Assembly: GCA_002269645.1 (NCBI GenBank) | Contig: NIVC01002467.1 | Span: 62,001-126,000, forward strand | Reading direction: 5' to 3' | DNA length: 64,000 nucleotides | DNA from: Macrostomum lignano | Taxonomy: Eukaryota | In this document: positions 23,258 to 36,300 of the stretch, piece after piece | Numbering within the stretch: the first letter of the stretch is position 1 | How the letters are laid out: each line of letters begins with the position of its first letter | Made by a program: the position numbers and the translations under genes | The notes under the pieces: model-generated | The model's database searches: none | Told to the model about the DNA's origin: nothing | Seen by the model: only the letters and a program-made list of their open reading frames with translations

Positions 23258-24094
23258 ATGGCTGACGCCCCGGAGCGGGTATACCCAGTCAAGACAATTT
23301 ACTCGGGAAAGAAAAGAAGAAGAAGTAGCCCCGATGAAAACGAACAGCCACAAGTACGATCGGTACGAGCAAGAGAAGCAACTGAGAAGCCCATAGAAGT
23401 TCAGCAGCGAGAGGAAGTGGACAAGGATAAAGAGGCTGGAGAGTTGGTTGTAGATCTGAATGGAGTAGACCTGGAGGAGGCAACGAGAAGGCATGATGAG
23501 GAGGTGCGGCGAGAACAGGAGGAATTCATGGCAGCTCTACTGGGAGTAGAATTACCTGAACTCGAGGAAGAGCTCAGCCCGAAGAACGACGCCCCAGCAG
23601 AAGTATCGGAACCGCAAGAAATGCCGGAACCTAAGGAAGCGCCGGAGGCGAGGCCGACGACTAATGAGACTCCGGTCGATGTAGCTATCTTCTTCAGGGC
23701 CGACACACCGCAGCCACAAGACCTTGCTGAAAGCAACGAGCAGCCAGGAGCAAGCCCACGAAGTTTCAGGAAGAGTACCAAGGCGCTCAAAAAGTGGCTG
23801 CTAAGAACAGGCAGCACTGGCCACTACGACCCGGCGGTGCCGCCAGAGTGTACTCGATTTCTGGCCCAGGCCACCGCTGAGCAGAAAGTCCAGTGTATGG
23901 AAGTCGCCTGCACGTACGCCCTCCAATATGCTGAGGATAGGGCTAGGGGACCATTGTCGCCCTTCCAAGTAAGTGAGCATCTCCGGGCCATGGTCGAATT
24001 ATTCGACCCAAAGGACAGGCGAACCCCAGCGACTGGCCTCCTTTACCAGTGCTCTCAGCGCGCGCCAACTTGCCGACCGATAGGGCAACTCTAA
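23258..24094 (+). CDS. Third ORF of the gypsy element (278 aa), acidic, with a putative NLS; not env-like
   Basis: ATG lies 4 nt after the pol stop. The ORF is intact and GC-richer than the flanking 3' UTR, has KKRRRSS near the N-terminus, and shows no signal peptide or hydrophobic TM stretch. Confidence 0.75.
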   Translation: MADAPERVYPVKTIYSGKKRRRSSPDENEQPQVRSVRAREATEKPIEVQQREEVDKDKEAGELVVDLNGVDLEEATRRHDEEVRREQEEFMAALLGVELPELEEELSPKNDAPAEVSEPQEMPEPKEAPEARPTTNETPVDVAIFFRADTPQPQDLAESNEQPGASPRSFRKSTKALKKWLLRTGSTGHYDPAVPPECTRFLAQATAEQKVQCMEVACTYALQYAEDRARGPLSPFQVSEHLRAMVELFDPKDRRTPATGLLYQCSQRAPTCRPIGQL

Positions 24095-24668
24095 TAATAG
24101 ACAAGGATTAACATTTCAGCTTTATTAACCTTTTTCTACACAATTAAACAAGCTTTAATTTTTTCTTCTTCTTCGATGTTGTATGCATTTTTTTACACAG
24201 TGCCATAGTGCCATTTATTTTATTTTTTTCTCAAAATTACTGCACCGCTTCTTTGCCTTACATATATATTTACATATCGACATTATTCAGGAAAGTAAGC
24301 CTATATGTTTAGTATTTGCTTAATATTAATCATGCTCTTCAACCCTTACTGGTTATTAATCATTACTCAAAATTTATTGCTCAATTAATATTGTTATGTA
24401 TTGCTCAATTATTATTACTATTGCTCACTGCTCAACATTATTGCTCAATTAATATTGCTATGTATTACTCAATTATTATTGCTCGCTTCATTAACCATGC
24501 TATCATTGCTCAATTATTAATGCTCATTCTTACTTGTAATCCATTAATCATGCTCAATTAATATCGCTCGCATGCCATTACTCAACGAAACTAATATTGT
24601 CTGCATCACTTTACTTGAAATAAACCCGATAATAACTAAATATGCAAAGGGGTTTGCACATTTTTTTT

Positions 24669-24681
24669 AGTGGGGGGTAAG
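24669..24681 (+). promoter_or_regulatory. Polypurine tract (AGTGGGGGGTAAG) preceded by a T-run
   Basis: Immediately upstream of the 3' LTR start at 24682. Confidence 0.8.
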
Positions 24682-25391
24682 TGTAGTAGGGGGGTTTAGT
24701 TCAAGCAGTTTTGCTAAGGCGTTTGCCATTCGTCGGGATGAATTATTTTAGTAGCATGAATTCGAGAATAAGCAGTTTTGCTTTTACGCTACTATTAGTA
24801 GTTCACCTTCGGGAAAATATCTGAAGCTATGGGAATTCGAGTCTTAGCGGGTTTCTCTATTAGTAAAAGGCTGTTTGGCCTCGGGAAAAGCATCCTGTTC
24901 AGGACCGTCCATTGGACAACATTTGTAAGAGATCTAAGTCTCAAATAAGCCAGACTAAGGGAGTCTCCCCTTTATAAAATAAAAGAATATATATAAGAAA
25001 GTATAAAAGGTAAGATCGGGGTAAAATAGGGAGGCTAAGAGGAGTCTACCGCTTAGTCAAAACGGAGTCTACCGAGAATAGGAATTAGTACAGTCAGTTA
25101 GATAGAAGTAAGGGAAAGGAACCAGGAGTCTACCGGTTCTAATAACATAGTAATAATAGTGCTTAAATCTTTGCATATTTGGTTCAATAATATCATTTTC
25201 TTTTGTTTGTTTATTCCAATAATCTTCCATGAAGTCGACTCTTGTCTCACTTATTTTAATCTAAAACTATTATTATAAGGGACATTAGTCTGGTGGCAGC
25301 AACCTACCAAATTAGAGTACATAATAACAGAAGTAATAATAGAAAACCAGAATAAACCAGTAGCCTAAACCGCAGGTACCACGCGTGTCCA
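24682..25391 (+). repeat. 3' LTR (710 bp), intact
   Basis: TG...CA termini; matches the reassembled 5' LTR and the solo LTR. Confidence 0.96.
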
Positions 25392-26189
25392 CTATGAAAA
25401 TCATAAAAAAACAGTTTTATGACTTAGCTGGCTGTGCAAAATTAATGAAGAACTGCAGATGCAGCGCATAACAATAACGGCGTACAATGCTAGTCTCCTG
25501 CTTAATCAGCTGTTTTTACGTTTTTATTGATTAGATATGGCAATGTCATGCATGACTATATTCATTGCAGCAAGAGGAACTGGTCTTTGTTCCAAACTTT
25601 AGAATGATACAGAATCATTGATAAAATCACTATAGGGGACAAGTATGCATGGGAGAAGTTGTGTGAAGGTGTCAGACTGTAACGAAGACTGATAATATTT
25701 TAAAGATTATAAAATCCAATAAAATTCGTGTATCTCAACTCAACCCTATCGGTTTTTTGGAGGGGGTGAAGATAATAGCTGGCGCTAAGCAAGCATGCAC
25801 TGATTGCACTCTTATGCGCGAGTCCCAAGAGACTGCAGTGGTCCCTGTGTGAGCAAGCTAAGGACAAGGTCCTTGTCAAACATGAACACACGGGTTAGTG
25901 GGGTTACTCACTCAGGTCTGTGACTATGAGCAATGGGGGTTTGGGCTGAGTGAGTGGGTGGGGTGACAGACAATTGGGTAGTGCAACAAAGACTCATTTG
26001 GGAACAGGGGAAGAATAAAGAATGAATAAGAGGCGAAAAAGGGGACAAGGGCCCGGGGCAGAAGCGTGGACTACTAAACTTTGCATCTGGAAATTACTTT
26101 ATACCATAGGGACTCAGCAAATTAATCATTTAGTTGCGCATTAAACTGCGCATTTTGCTTGTAAATTGCATTTTTAACTGCTATTTTAC

Positions 26190-26445
26190 TTCGTGAGGAT
26201 TCGGGGATTTGTGAGGATTTGGGGATTTGTGAGGGTTAGGGATTTGTGAGGGTTGGGGATTTGTGAGGATTTAGGGATTTGTGAGGATTTGGGGATTTGT
26301 GAGGATTTGGGGATTTGTGAGGATTTTGTGAGGATTTAGGGATTTGTGAAGATTTAGGGATTTTGTGAGAATTTATGGATTTGTGAGGATCTGGGGATTT
26401 GTGAGGATTTTGTGAGGATTTGGGGACTTGTGAAGATTTTGCGGA
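26190..26445. repeat. 18-bp minisatellite (GGGGATTTGTGAGGATTT)
   Basis: Directly visible, somewhat degenerate. Confidence 0.85.
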
Positions 26446-26875
26446 TTGGGAAGATTCTGTTATTTGTATGTGAAGATGTGAAGATTTTCTGTCTATATTT
26501 TGATCCAAAAGTTTCCAATCCAGTCCCTGGGTCCGGCCAGGACTCCATGACTCAGGACGCTCAGTCACCTGCTGACTAGAGAAAGAGAAAAAAGTGTTTT
26601 TTTGTTTGGAAAGGAGAGAAGAGAATTTCTAGGCAAACCGGAGTTTGGAATCAATTTCGCTATAACCGCAATGCGCCCCCCCCCCATTTTATTGGCCAAA
26701 GCTATTTTTAGGCTATGACTCACTCACCCAATTCATTGTCCCGGGCAATGGACGGTACGCCAGCAATGAATCCCTTTTTAAATTCATGGAGCTGACTGAC
26801 AAAATACTTGCTGAGGCGGTTGGAGCAAAAGTTAATTAAAACAGAGCGATGAGTGACAGATGGGTAAAGTGACAC

Positions 26876-27655
<780 letters not shown>

Positions 27656-28371
27656 TAGAAGCAGAGTTTATATATTGGGGCGACAGCTGCTCTTAGGAGA
27701 TGATGGAAGTTAGGAATAACTGTAACACATGAACTTATTCTTTTTTACACACATTTAATTTATTTTGCTCTTGGCATTCGACAAGGTTGCTTGTCTGGGA
27801 AGAGGTCTGTTTTGACAGTTGACTGACAAATCGAAGAAACACCGTTTCTTTGCCAGACAATTTTCAGATTCTGGTCTCCAAATCGCCAACAGAATCTGGC
27901 AATACAGAGAAACTTGTCCGAAGGACTTTGACAGAAATCATTTCGAAGGCTGGAAAGTCAGGCCAAGGAACTCCCGAGGCTCCCAGAGAGTCTCAGCTCT
28001 CAAGGGATAGGCAGCAGAAGTGCAAAAGAAAACAACAGAAAAGCTAAAAATGAAGTGTGGCTCCAACCAGACAAGAAAGTCTGCGGAGGAAGATCTACAG
28101 GAAGACAGCAAATTAAGAGTCCGAACCACTGGCAGTCGGTTTGCATTGGTTAAGTGTCGGTACTTTAAATATTTTTGCTCAACAACTGCATTCGTGCTGA
28201 AAGTTGAAGCAAATGTGTTTTCTAAGAAAAGGCCGGTTTATTTTATAGCGGATTAACAAAATAAGAAATCATAATATCCGAGAATGCTTAAACAAGCTGC
28301 TTTTTCTGTGCATAGTCGCTAAGTGCCTCTGTGAAAAGTTTTCTTTAGCGGCACCTCACCATTTTATGAAC

Positions 28372-29405
28372 ATCAGCTTAGCGCCATCTTGAGCATCAGT
28401 TTAGCGCCATCCTGACTATCAGTTTAGCGCCATCCTGAGCATCAGTTTAGCGCCATCCTGACTATCAGTTTAGCGCCATCCTGACTATCAGTTTAGCGCC
28501 ATCCTGACTATCAGTTTAGCGCCACTCTGAGTCTCAGTTTAGCGCCATCCTGACTATCATCAGTTTAGCGCCATCCTGAGCATCAGTTTAGCGCCATCCT
28601 GAGCATCAGTTTAGCGCCATCCTGACTATCAGTTTAGCGCCACCCTGACTATCAGTTTAGCGCCATCCTGAGCATCAGTTTAGCGCCACTCTGAGTCTCA
28701 GTTTAGCGCCATCCTGACTATCAGTTTAGCGCCATCCTAAGCATCAGTTTAGCGCCATCCTGACTATCAGTTTAGCGCCATCCTGACTATCATCAGTTTA
28801 GCGCCATCCTGACTATCAGTTTAGCGCCTTTCTGAGTCTCAGTTTATAGCGCCATCCTGAGCATCAGTTTAGCGCCATCCTGACTATCAGTTTAGCGCCA
28901 TCCTGAGCATCAGTTTAGCGCCATCCTGACTATCAGTTTAGCGCCACTCTGAGTCTCAGTTTAGCGCCATCCTGACTATCAGTTTAGCGCCATCCTGACT
29001 ATCAGTTTAGCGCCTTTCTGAGTCTTAGTTTATAGCGCCATCCTGACTATCATCAGTTTAGCGCCATCCTGACTATCAGTTTAGCGCCTTTCTGAGTCTC
29101 AGTTTATAGCGCCATCCTGACTATCAGTTTAGCGCCATCCTGACTATCAGTTTAGCGCCCTCCTGACTATCAGTTTAGCGCCACTCTGAGTCTCAGTTTA
29201 GCGCCATCCTGACTATCAGTTTAGCGCCATCCTGACTATCATCAGTTTAGCGCCATCCTGACTATCAGTTTAGCGCCTTTCTGAGTCTCAGTTTATAGCG
29301 CCATCCTGACTATCAGTTTAGCGCCATCCTGACTATCAGTTTAGCGCCCTCCTGACTATCAGTTTAGCGCCACTCTGAGTCTCAGTTTAGCGCCATCCTG
29401 ACTAT
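28372..29405. repeat. 23-bp minisatellite (CAGTTTAGCGCCATCCTGACTAT)
   Basis: About 44 copies with recurring variants. Confidence 0.95.
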
Positions 29406-29784
29406 AATGCGAAGAGAAACACGCAGATCAATGAAGTGAATAAATTTACTATACAACAATGAAAGAAGTTCTGCTATTTTTAAAAGATTAAAGCCGTGAG
29501 CAGGTATTGTTAATAACTTTGGTTAAGATTGTTGGTAATAAAAACTAAAGTGATTAAAATTTAATTATCCTACGCGTATGATGAGCTGTGCGCACTAATG
29601 GAGTACAATTATCATACTATATAGGACTAACTAATGACTGCAATCATAATGTGCACAAACATTTTTACGCAAATTAAAGTGTCGCAAATATTTTAAGCCA
29701 ATTAGTCTCAAAATTATTATTTGTATCCAGGATAAATTAATTTTTATCGATGTAAAACTCTGTCGTATTCAATGGGAAGTCCAA

Positions 29785-30345
29785 TAATATCCAGGGGAAA
29801 TCCCGTAGTATCCAAGTGTCGTATCCAAGGGGAATCCTTTCGTATCCAAAGGGAATCCTTTCGTATCCAAGGGGAATCCTTTCGTATCCAAGGGGAATCC
29901 TTTCGTATCCAAGGGGAATCCTTTCGTATCCAAAGGGAATTCTTAAGTATCCAAGGGGAATCCTTTCGTATCCAAGGGGAATCCTTTCGTATCCAAAGGG
30001 AATTCTTAAGTATCCAAGGGGAATCCTTAAGTATCCAAAGGGAATCCTTTCGTACCCAAGGGGAATCCTTTCGTATCCAAAGGGAATCCTTTCGTATCCA
30101 AGGGGAATCCTTTCGTATCCAAAGGGAATTCTTAAGTATCTAAAGGGAATCCTTAAGTATCCAAAGGGAATCCTTAAGTATCCAAAGGGAATTCTTAAGT
30201 ATCCAAGGGGAATCCTTTCGTATTTAAGGGAATCCATTCGTATACAAGGGGAATCCTGTCGTACCCCAGGAATCTCAAGGGGAATCCATTCCTATCTGAA
30301 TCCAAGGGAAAGCCCTTTGCATCCAAGGAGAATCCTGTTGCATCC
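29785..30345. repeat. 21-bp minisatellite (GTATCCAAGGGGAATCCTTTC) starting just beyond the tincar-like stop codon
   Basis: Directly visible tandem copies. Confidence 0.93.
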
Positions 30346-30374
30346 AGAGACAACCTTAAAATTTGCGCAACGTC

Positions 30375-33300
30375 TCACACCTGACTGCACAACCCATCCA
30401 GGTGCTCGTCAAGCATCATGGAACTCATCTGCTGATTCGTTGAGGTCGGCGGCGGCGGCGGCGGTGGAGGCGAAGGCGGCGGGGGCAGCATTTCGAGCAG
30501 TTCGGAGCCGCTCAGCTGCCTGCCGAAAATTGACAGCGGCGGCTTCCGAGAGCCGCGGCCCAGACTGCTGCTGTGCGCACCCTGCTGAAGCTGCTGATGC
30601 TGGAACTGGCCGCACCTGGTCATGAGGATGTCCGGCACCCGAGTTGACACTGAAGCCGTCGAGGCTACTGACAAAGCATGCGGCGACGATAGCGGAGGCA
30701 GCGGCGGAGGCGGCGGCGGCAGTGACGGAAACGACGTGGAGGGAGCGAAGACTTCACTTCTAGTTGCGTAGGTGGCCACGGGCTCGTGACCTCCACCGAA
30801 TGCTGAGAATAGCGGCGCCTGCTGATGCTGCTGATGGTGCAGCAGGTGCTGATGAAACTGATAGTCCGCCACGCCGCTATCTGACGACGAGGCTCCGCCG
30901 ACCTGACTGGACGCTGGCGACGCTGTCGACGCCAGAAACGACAGCTGAGGCAGCGTCGGCCCTCCGCCGCCAGCGGCGCCGCCTGAGCCGCCACCGACGG
31001 AGCCCTCCTTGAAAGTGACCACCCGGTTGTGACCGCCGTTGCCGGGACTCCGCTTCAAACTGCCACCGGCCGAGTCTCGCCGAACCTGGTAAAATGAGAA
31101 AAACAGATTTATAACAGCACCAGCGCAATTCTGCCCATTCCGCAGACTCCTGAGCAACATACAAGCGCCAATACTGTACGCAGGCACAGCACTTAAACAC
31201 ACGCTCACACAGGGTGCACAGCGGCCCTTTGACTTTCTAATCTTCCGACATGCACACTTCACTGTGCATTGGGAGTTGGCCCTCAAGGCCGTTAATTTAG
31301 CCCCAGATTAATGCGACTGCACTTGGAATCGAGCCTGGGCCGCTAGCACATCAGAGCTCCGCGCTAGACCGCTGGGCTACGCCCCCCTCGCCGAACCTGA
31401 TACTTCACCAGGCCGCTCGCTCGCATCCTGTCGGCAGAATCGGCGCTGCTGGCGCCGCCGTCCTCGCTGGCGGATGAGTCCAGCCGCTCCGAGATGGTCG
31501 GCACCATGCCGTGCAGGTGGTGGTACACGTAGCCAGACGTCGACTGCAGATGACTCTGACCCGGCGTCGCCGCGCCTCCGTCGATGCCGGGATTGCCGTC
31601 TCCAGCGCCAGCCGCCTCATCATCTCCCAGATGCTCCTCCTCGCCGACGTCCCGGCCAGCCAGCTGTTCGTCGTCGACTTCGTCCAGCATTCGCTGCAGC
31701 TCGATTCGAATGTCGAACCGGCACAGCGGGGAGCCGCGGCACAGGCCGAGCAGCAGCCAGGCTGCGGTCCAGACCAGAGCGTAGACTCCGCCAGAAATCA
31801 CAGCTCCTAGAAGCACGGGCAATCGGCGCTGTCTGTACAGAGACAGCCAGTCCCAGAATAGCGGAGCTTTGATCACCGCCGAGGCCAGCATGAGCAGCGA
31901 GCCGAGCACCTGGGCGGCCAGGACGCCTCGCTGACAGCAGGCGGTCGGTTCCACGGCTGCTTCTGACGCCGCTGGGCCACCAGTGGAGAAGTCGCTGCCG
32001 CTTGGGGCGATGCAGTTCGACACCGAGTCCAGGTGGTCGGGCTGCTTTGATTGCAGCAGACGCTGCTGCTGTTGCTGCTTCTGCTGCTCCAGCAGATACG
32101 GCCGCAGCTGGCGTAGGCTGGACAGAATCTGGAAGCGGGGTTGATGCTCAACTCAGTCACTCTTCCGGTCACTCTCTCAGTCACTCTCCCGGTCACTCCT
32201 TCAGTTACTCTCCAGGTCACTTTCCCAGTCATTCTACCGGTCACCCTCCTTGTCACTCTCTCAGTCACTCTCCCGGTCACTCTCTCAGTCACTCTCCCGG
32301 TCACTCCTTCAGTCACTCTCCCAGTCATTCTCCCAGTCACCCTCCTGGTCACTCCCTCCGTCACTCTCCCTTGTCACTCTTTCAGTGACTCTCCCGGTCA
32401 CTCTCAGTCACTCTTCCGGCCAATCTGGAAGCGGGGTTGATGCTCAACTCAGTCACTCTCCCTTGTCACTCTTTCAGTGACTCTCCCAGTCACTCTCCCA
32501 GTCAGTCTACCAGTCACTCTCCCGGTCAGTCTACCAGTCACTCTCCCGCAGTTCCCGCAATTCGCACCCGTCCATAGCCAAACTCAAAGAAGGCCACACA
32601 AGCCGTTAGCAGCATCAGATCGCTGAGGGTCTGCAGAGCGGGCACCACAGCTGCTGGCAGGCAGCTGCCGCCGCTGACGCCGCCGTCTGTCGAACCGCCG
32701 ACAACGCCAACACGCAGCAGCACGGCCGAAGCCTCCCTAGACAGCATCACGTGAACGCAGCAAGCGCACAGGACGCCGGAGAATAGCAGCGAAAATGGTC
32801 GGCTAGACAGCCAGAATGTGGACGGATAGCGGATGAGCAGTAGGCACAGGGCCAGTACAAAGTTGGCGACCTCGGCTGTCACTCCCGTACCACCGGCGGC
32901 CACGGGCTCGGCGCCGGCTCGCTCCGGCGGCATCGGATGGCGGGGATATCGTCGACCGAAAAGAAAGTCGAAGCTAGTCGACCAGATCGTGTCTGTGAAT
33001 GTTATTGGTGGTCGATTGGCCTGTGATTAACTACCAATTTTACTCTGTCTGGGGGTTGGGCACCGACAACCACCCCATTTTATAGTGTTTGGGAGGTGAT
33101 TGCTCTTTAACAACCACCCCAATTTTATGGTGTCTAGGAGTGTCGACTCTTTAACAACCGCCCCATTTTATGGTGTCTAGGGGTGTTGACTCTTTAACAA
33201 CCGCCCCATTTTATGGTGTCTAGGGGTGTTGGCTCTTTAACAACCGCCCCATTTTATGGTGTCTAGGGGTGTTGGCTCTTTAACAACCACCTCATTTTTA

Positions 33301-36300
33301 TGGTATCTAGGGGTGTCGGCTCTGAAAAGCACAATATTTTAATGTCGAATACAAAATTCAAGGCTTGTTTTGTATTCTTTTAAACTATAAACTGTGGATC
33401 CTTCGTGAACTCCTTCACCCATTATACTCTTTCCTATAGTTGATTGTAGCCCAGTATAGTAATGCCATTTTGAGTCAGAAATTGGCCAAGTGAGCCATTG
33501 CCCATCATATTCACCTTCCGTGCTGCATTTGACGCTTCACTAAACTCACTAAATCCCCCAGCATAGACCTTCTCACTAACGAAGAACTGTGTAATCATAT
33601 CTATAACTGCCAGTGTGGCTTCGGAACACTAAACAAAATCGCCTGCCTCCCAAACAGGACTGTTTTACCCAGGAAGTATTACGCAACCCAGCCACCCACA
33701 ACAACAACAACAACAGCAGCTCTAACTAAACAGGTTTATAATAGGATTCCAATGGCATACTCGTAGCTCGCTCTACTTGTGATTAAAGACAGCTATTCGT
33801 GACATGGAATGCTATAATTGGCACTCAACTGGATACAAATAATATTGTTGATAATAATACAGACTTAATTAGCTTCAATTCGACCCTCTATAGCTTGCCA
33901 TGCCATTGCCATTTTGCCCGCCCACATGCACAGTTAATTATTTAATTAATACAGAGCAAGGTCTTTTCTGGGTCACGTTGGGTGTAAAAAGCTTGAGTTT
34001 TTATTTCTTTATATGCACGTTCCAGGATTGAGAGAGGGGGCGTTTAGTATAAACAAAGCACGCTGAATATTAATAATATAATTGAAACTACGGTGCAGGT
34101 ACAACTTTTATATTTAATTTGCCCTCTGCTTGGCCTTCTAATCTATTCTCTTCCCTCCCTTATCTCTACTCTCTCTTTCCTTCCCTTGTCTCTACTCTCT
34201 CTTTCCTTCCCTTATCTCTACTCTCTCTTCCCTCCCTTATCTCTACTCTCTCTTTCCTTCCCTTATCTCTACTCTCTCTTTCCTTCCCTTATCTCTACTC
34301 TCTCTTTCCTTCCCTTATCTCTACTCTCTCTTCCCTCCCTTATCTCTACTCTCTCTTCCCTCCCTTATCTCTACTCTCTCTTTCCTTCCCTTATCTCTAC
34401 TCTCTCTTCCCTCCCTTCCTCCCTTATCTATCTGTCTTATCTTATCTCTTAAAACAAAGAGAATAAACAGATCTCTTAAATGTCTTGTCAAGGCTAAGGC
34501 GGTTAACATATTCTTGTTAGATTGAAAACAGAGGAATTCTGCAAAAAAGCCTCGAAATAAGCTCCTATCATTTCTTAGAAAATCTTCATATCTATCTTAA
34601 TTACAAGATGTCACGTCGAACACAACGGCAGTTGACCTCCTTCACAAGAGCATTACGTAACAGAACAGGCCCACTTCCCTACTCCCAAATGACGTCTGCA
34701 TTAGCTTCGCAATATGAAACGCAAGGCAAATTGAAAATTGCATAAAGTTAATGCCAATTCATTAACTGAATCAGTCTTTGTCCTGTGAAGCTGTTGACTC
34801 ACCCCCCCCCCAGTCACCTCTGTTGACCTGCCTGCAAGGTTCTTTCTCCTTATTTCCCCCTGTGCTTTTTCATTCTTTCGTAGTTAACCGTCTTCTTTCT
34901 TCTGTGTTGGCGGGGGGGGGGTAAATCTATAGGGTTATATTATGGGCTTAAATGACTTAGAGACTCGTCAGATGTCTAGCCTGTAGCAGAAGCATTGCCC
35001 ATATTACAGTTTATAGTTTCTATGAATAGATATTGTAGTTATACTATCTTGTAAGTTCAGACTATGCGACAAATACAATGCAAGTTTTTAAAAACACCTG
35101 CTAGACAAGTTTGCTGAACAGCTATAAACTAGAAACTTTAGCTTGGGGGCACAATGTTCACGAGCATGATAAAGCATACAGTTAAGTGAATTAGTTCTAT
35201 AGGTGATGGAAGTATGAGTAACACAAATTATATATGAGCAGTGAAGATAAAGAACTGAGGGCTTGAAGAATGAGGTAGGAGAGTGGAGAGGAGAGGAGAG
35301 GAGAGGAGAGGAGAGGAGAGGAGAGGAGAGGAGAGGAGAGGAGAGGAGAGGAGAGGAGAGGAGAGGAGAGGAGAGGAGAGAAGAGGAGAGGAGAGGAGAG
35401 GAGAGTAGAGGAGAGGAGGGGAGGGAGGAGAGGAGGGGAGAGAGGAGAGGAGGGGAGAGAGGAGAGGAGGGGAGAGGAGAGGAGGGGAGAGAGGAGAGGA
35501 GGGGAGAGAGGAGAGGAGGGGAGAGAGGAGAGGAGGGGAGAGAGGAGAGGAGGGGAGAGGAGAGGAGAGGAGAGGAGAGGAGAGGAGAGGAGAGGAGAGG
35601 ACAGGAGAGGAGAGGAGAGGAGAGGAGAGGAGAGGAGAGGAGAGAAGAGAAGAGGAGAGGAGAGGAGAGGAGAGGAGAGGAGAGGAGAGGAGGGGAGAGA
35701 GGAGAGGAGGGGAGAGAGGAGAGGAGGGGAGAGAGGAGAGGAGGGGAGAGAGGAGAGGAGGGGAGAGAGGAGAGGAGGGGAGAGAGGAGAGGAGGGGAGA
35801 GGAGAGGAGAGGAGAGGAGAGGACAGGAGAGGAGAGGAGAGGAGAGGACAGGAGAGGAGAGGAGAGGAGAGGAGAGGAGAGGAGAGGAGAGGAGAGGAGA
35901 GGAGAGGAGAGGAGAGGAGAGGAGAGTAGAGGAGAGGAGGGGAGGGAGGAGAGGAGGGAGAGAGGAGAGAGGGGAGAGAGGAGAGGAGGGGAGAGAGGAG
36001 AGGAGGGGAGAGAGGAGAGGAGGGGAGAGAGGAGAGGAGGGGAGAGAGGAGAGGAGGGGAGAGAGGAGAGGAGGGAGAGGAGAGGAGAGGAGAGGAGAGG
36101 ACAGGAGAGGAGAGGAGAGGAGAGGACAGGAGAGGAGAGGAGAGGAGAGGAGAGGAGAGGAGAGGAGAGAGAGAAGAGGAGAGGAGAGGAGAGGAGAGGA
36201 GAGGAGAGGAGAGGAGAGGAGAGAGAGAGGAGGGGAGAGAGGAGAGGAGGGGAGAGAGGAGAGGAGGGGAGAGAGGAGAGGAGGGGAGAGAGGAGAGGAG

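Larger units (their letters stand above)
10011..25391 (+). mobile_element. Full-length Ty3/gypsy (Metaviridae) LTR retrotransposon with three ORFs; 5' LTR interrupted by a Helitron
   Basis: The 5' LTR is 10011-10088 plus 16778-17409 (78+632=710 bp) and the 3' LTR is 24682-25391 (710 bp). A 4-bp TSD CTAT lies at 10007-10010 and 25392-25395. PBS and PPT are present, and the PR-RT-RH-IN domain order is gypsy type. Confidence 0.96.

Noticed and set aside
23258-24094. ORF3 as an envelope gene
   Set aside because: No signal peptide, no hydrophobic TM anchor and no obvious fusion-peptide context.
27819-28256. Cluster of short overlapping ORFs after a TTTTCAG acceptor-like site
   Set aside because: No recognisable motif, and there is no donor or partner exon.
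31314-31386. Functional tRNA gene
   Set aside because: The A and B boxes are present, but the acceptor, D and T stems do not pair into a cloverleaf. It fits a tRNA-derived SINE head better.
30409-32480. Plus-strand GC-rich ORFs overlapping tincar exons, and similar antisense ORFs over gag/pol, COG4 and AKTIP
   Set aside because: These are expected shadows of GC-rich coding sequence, with no independent evidence.
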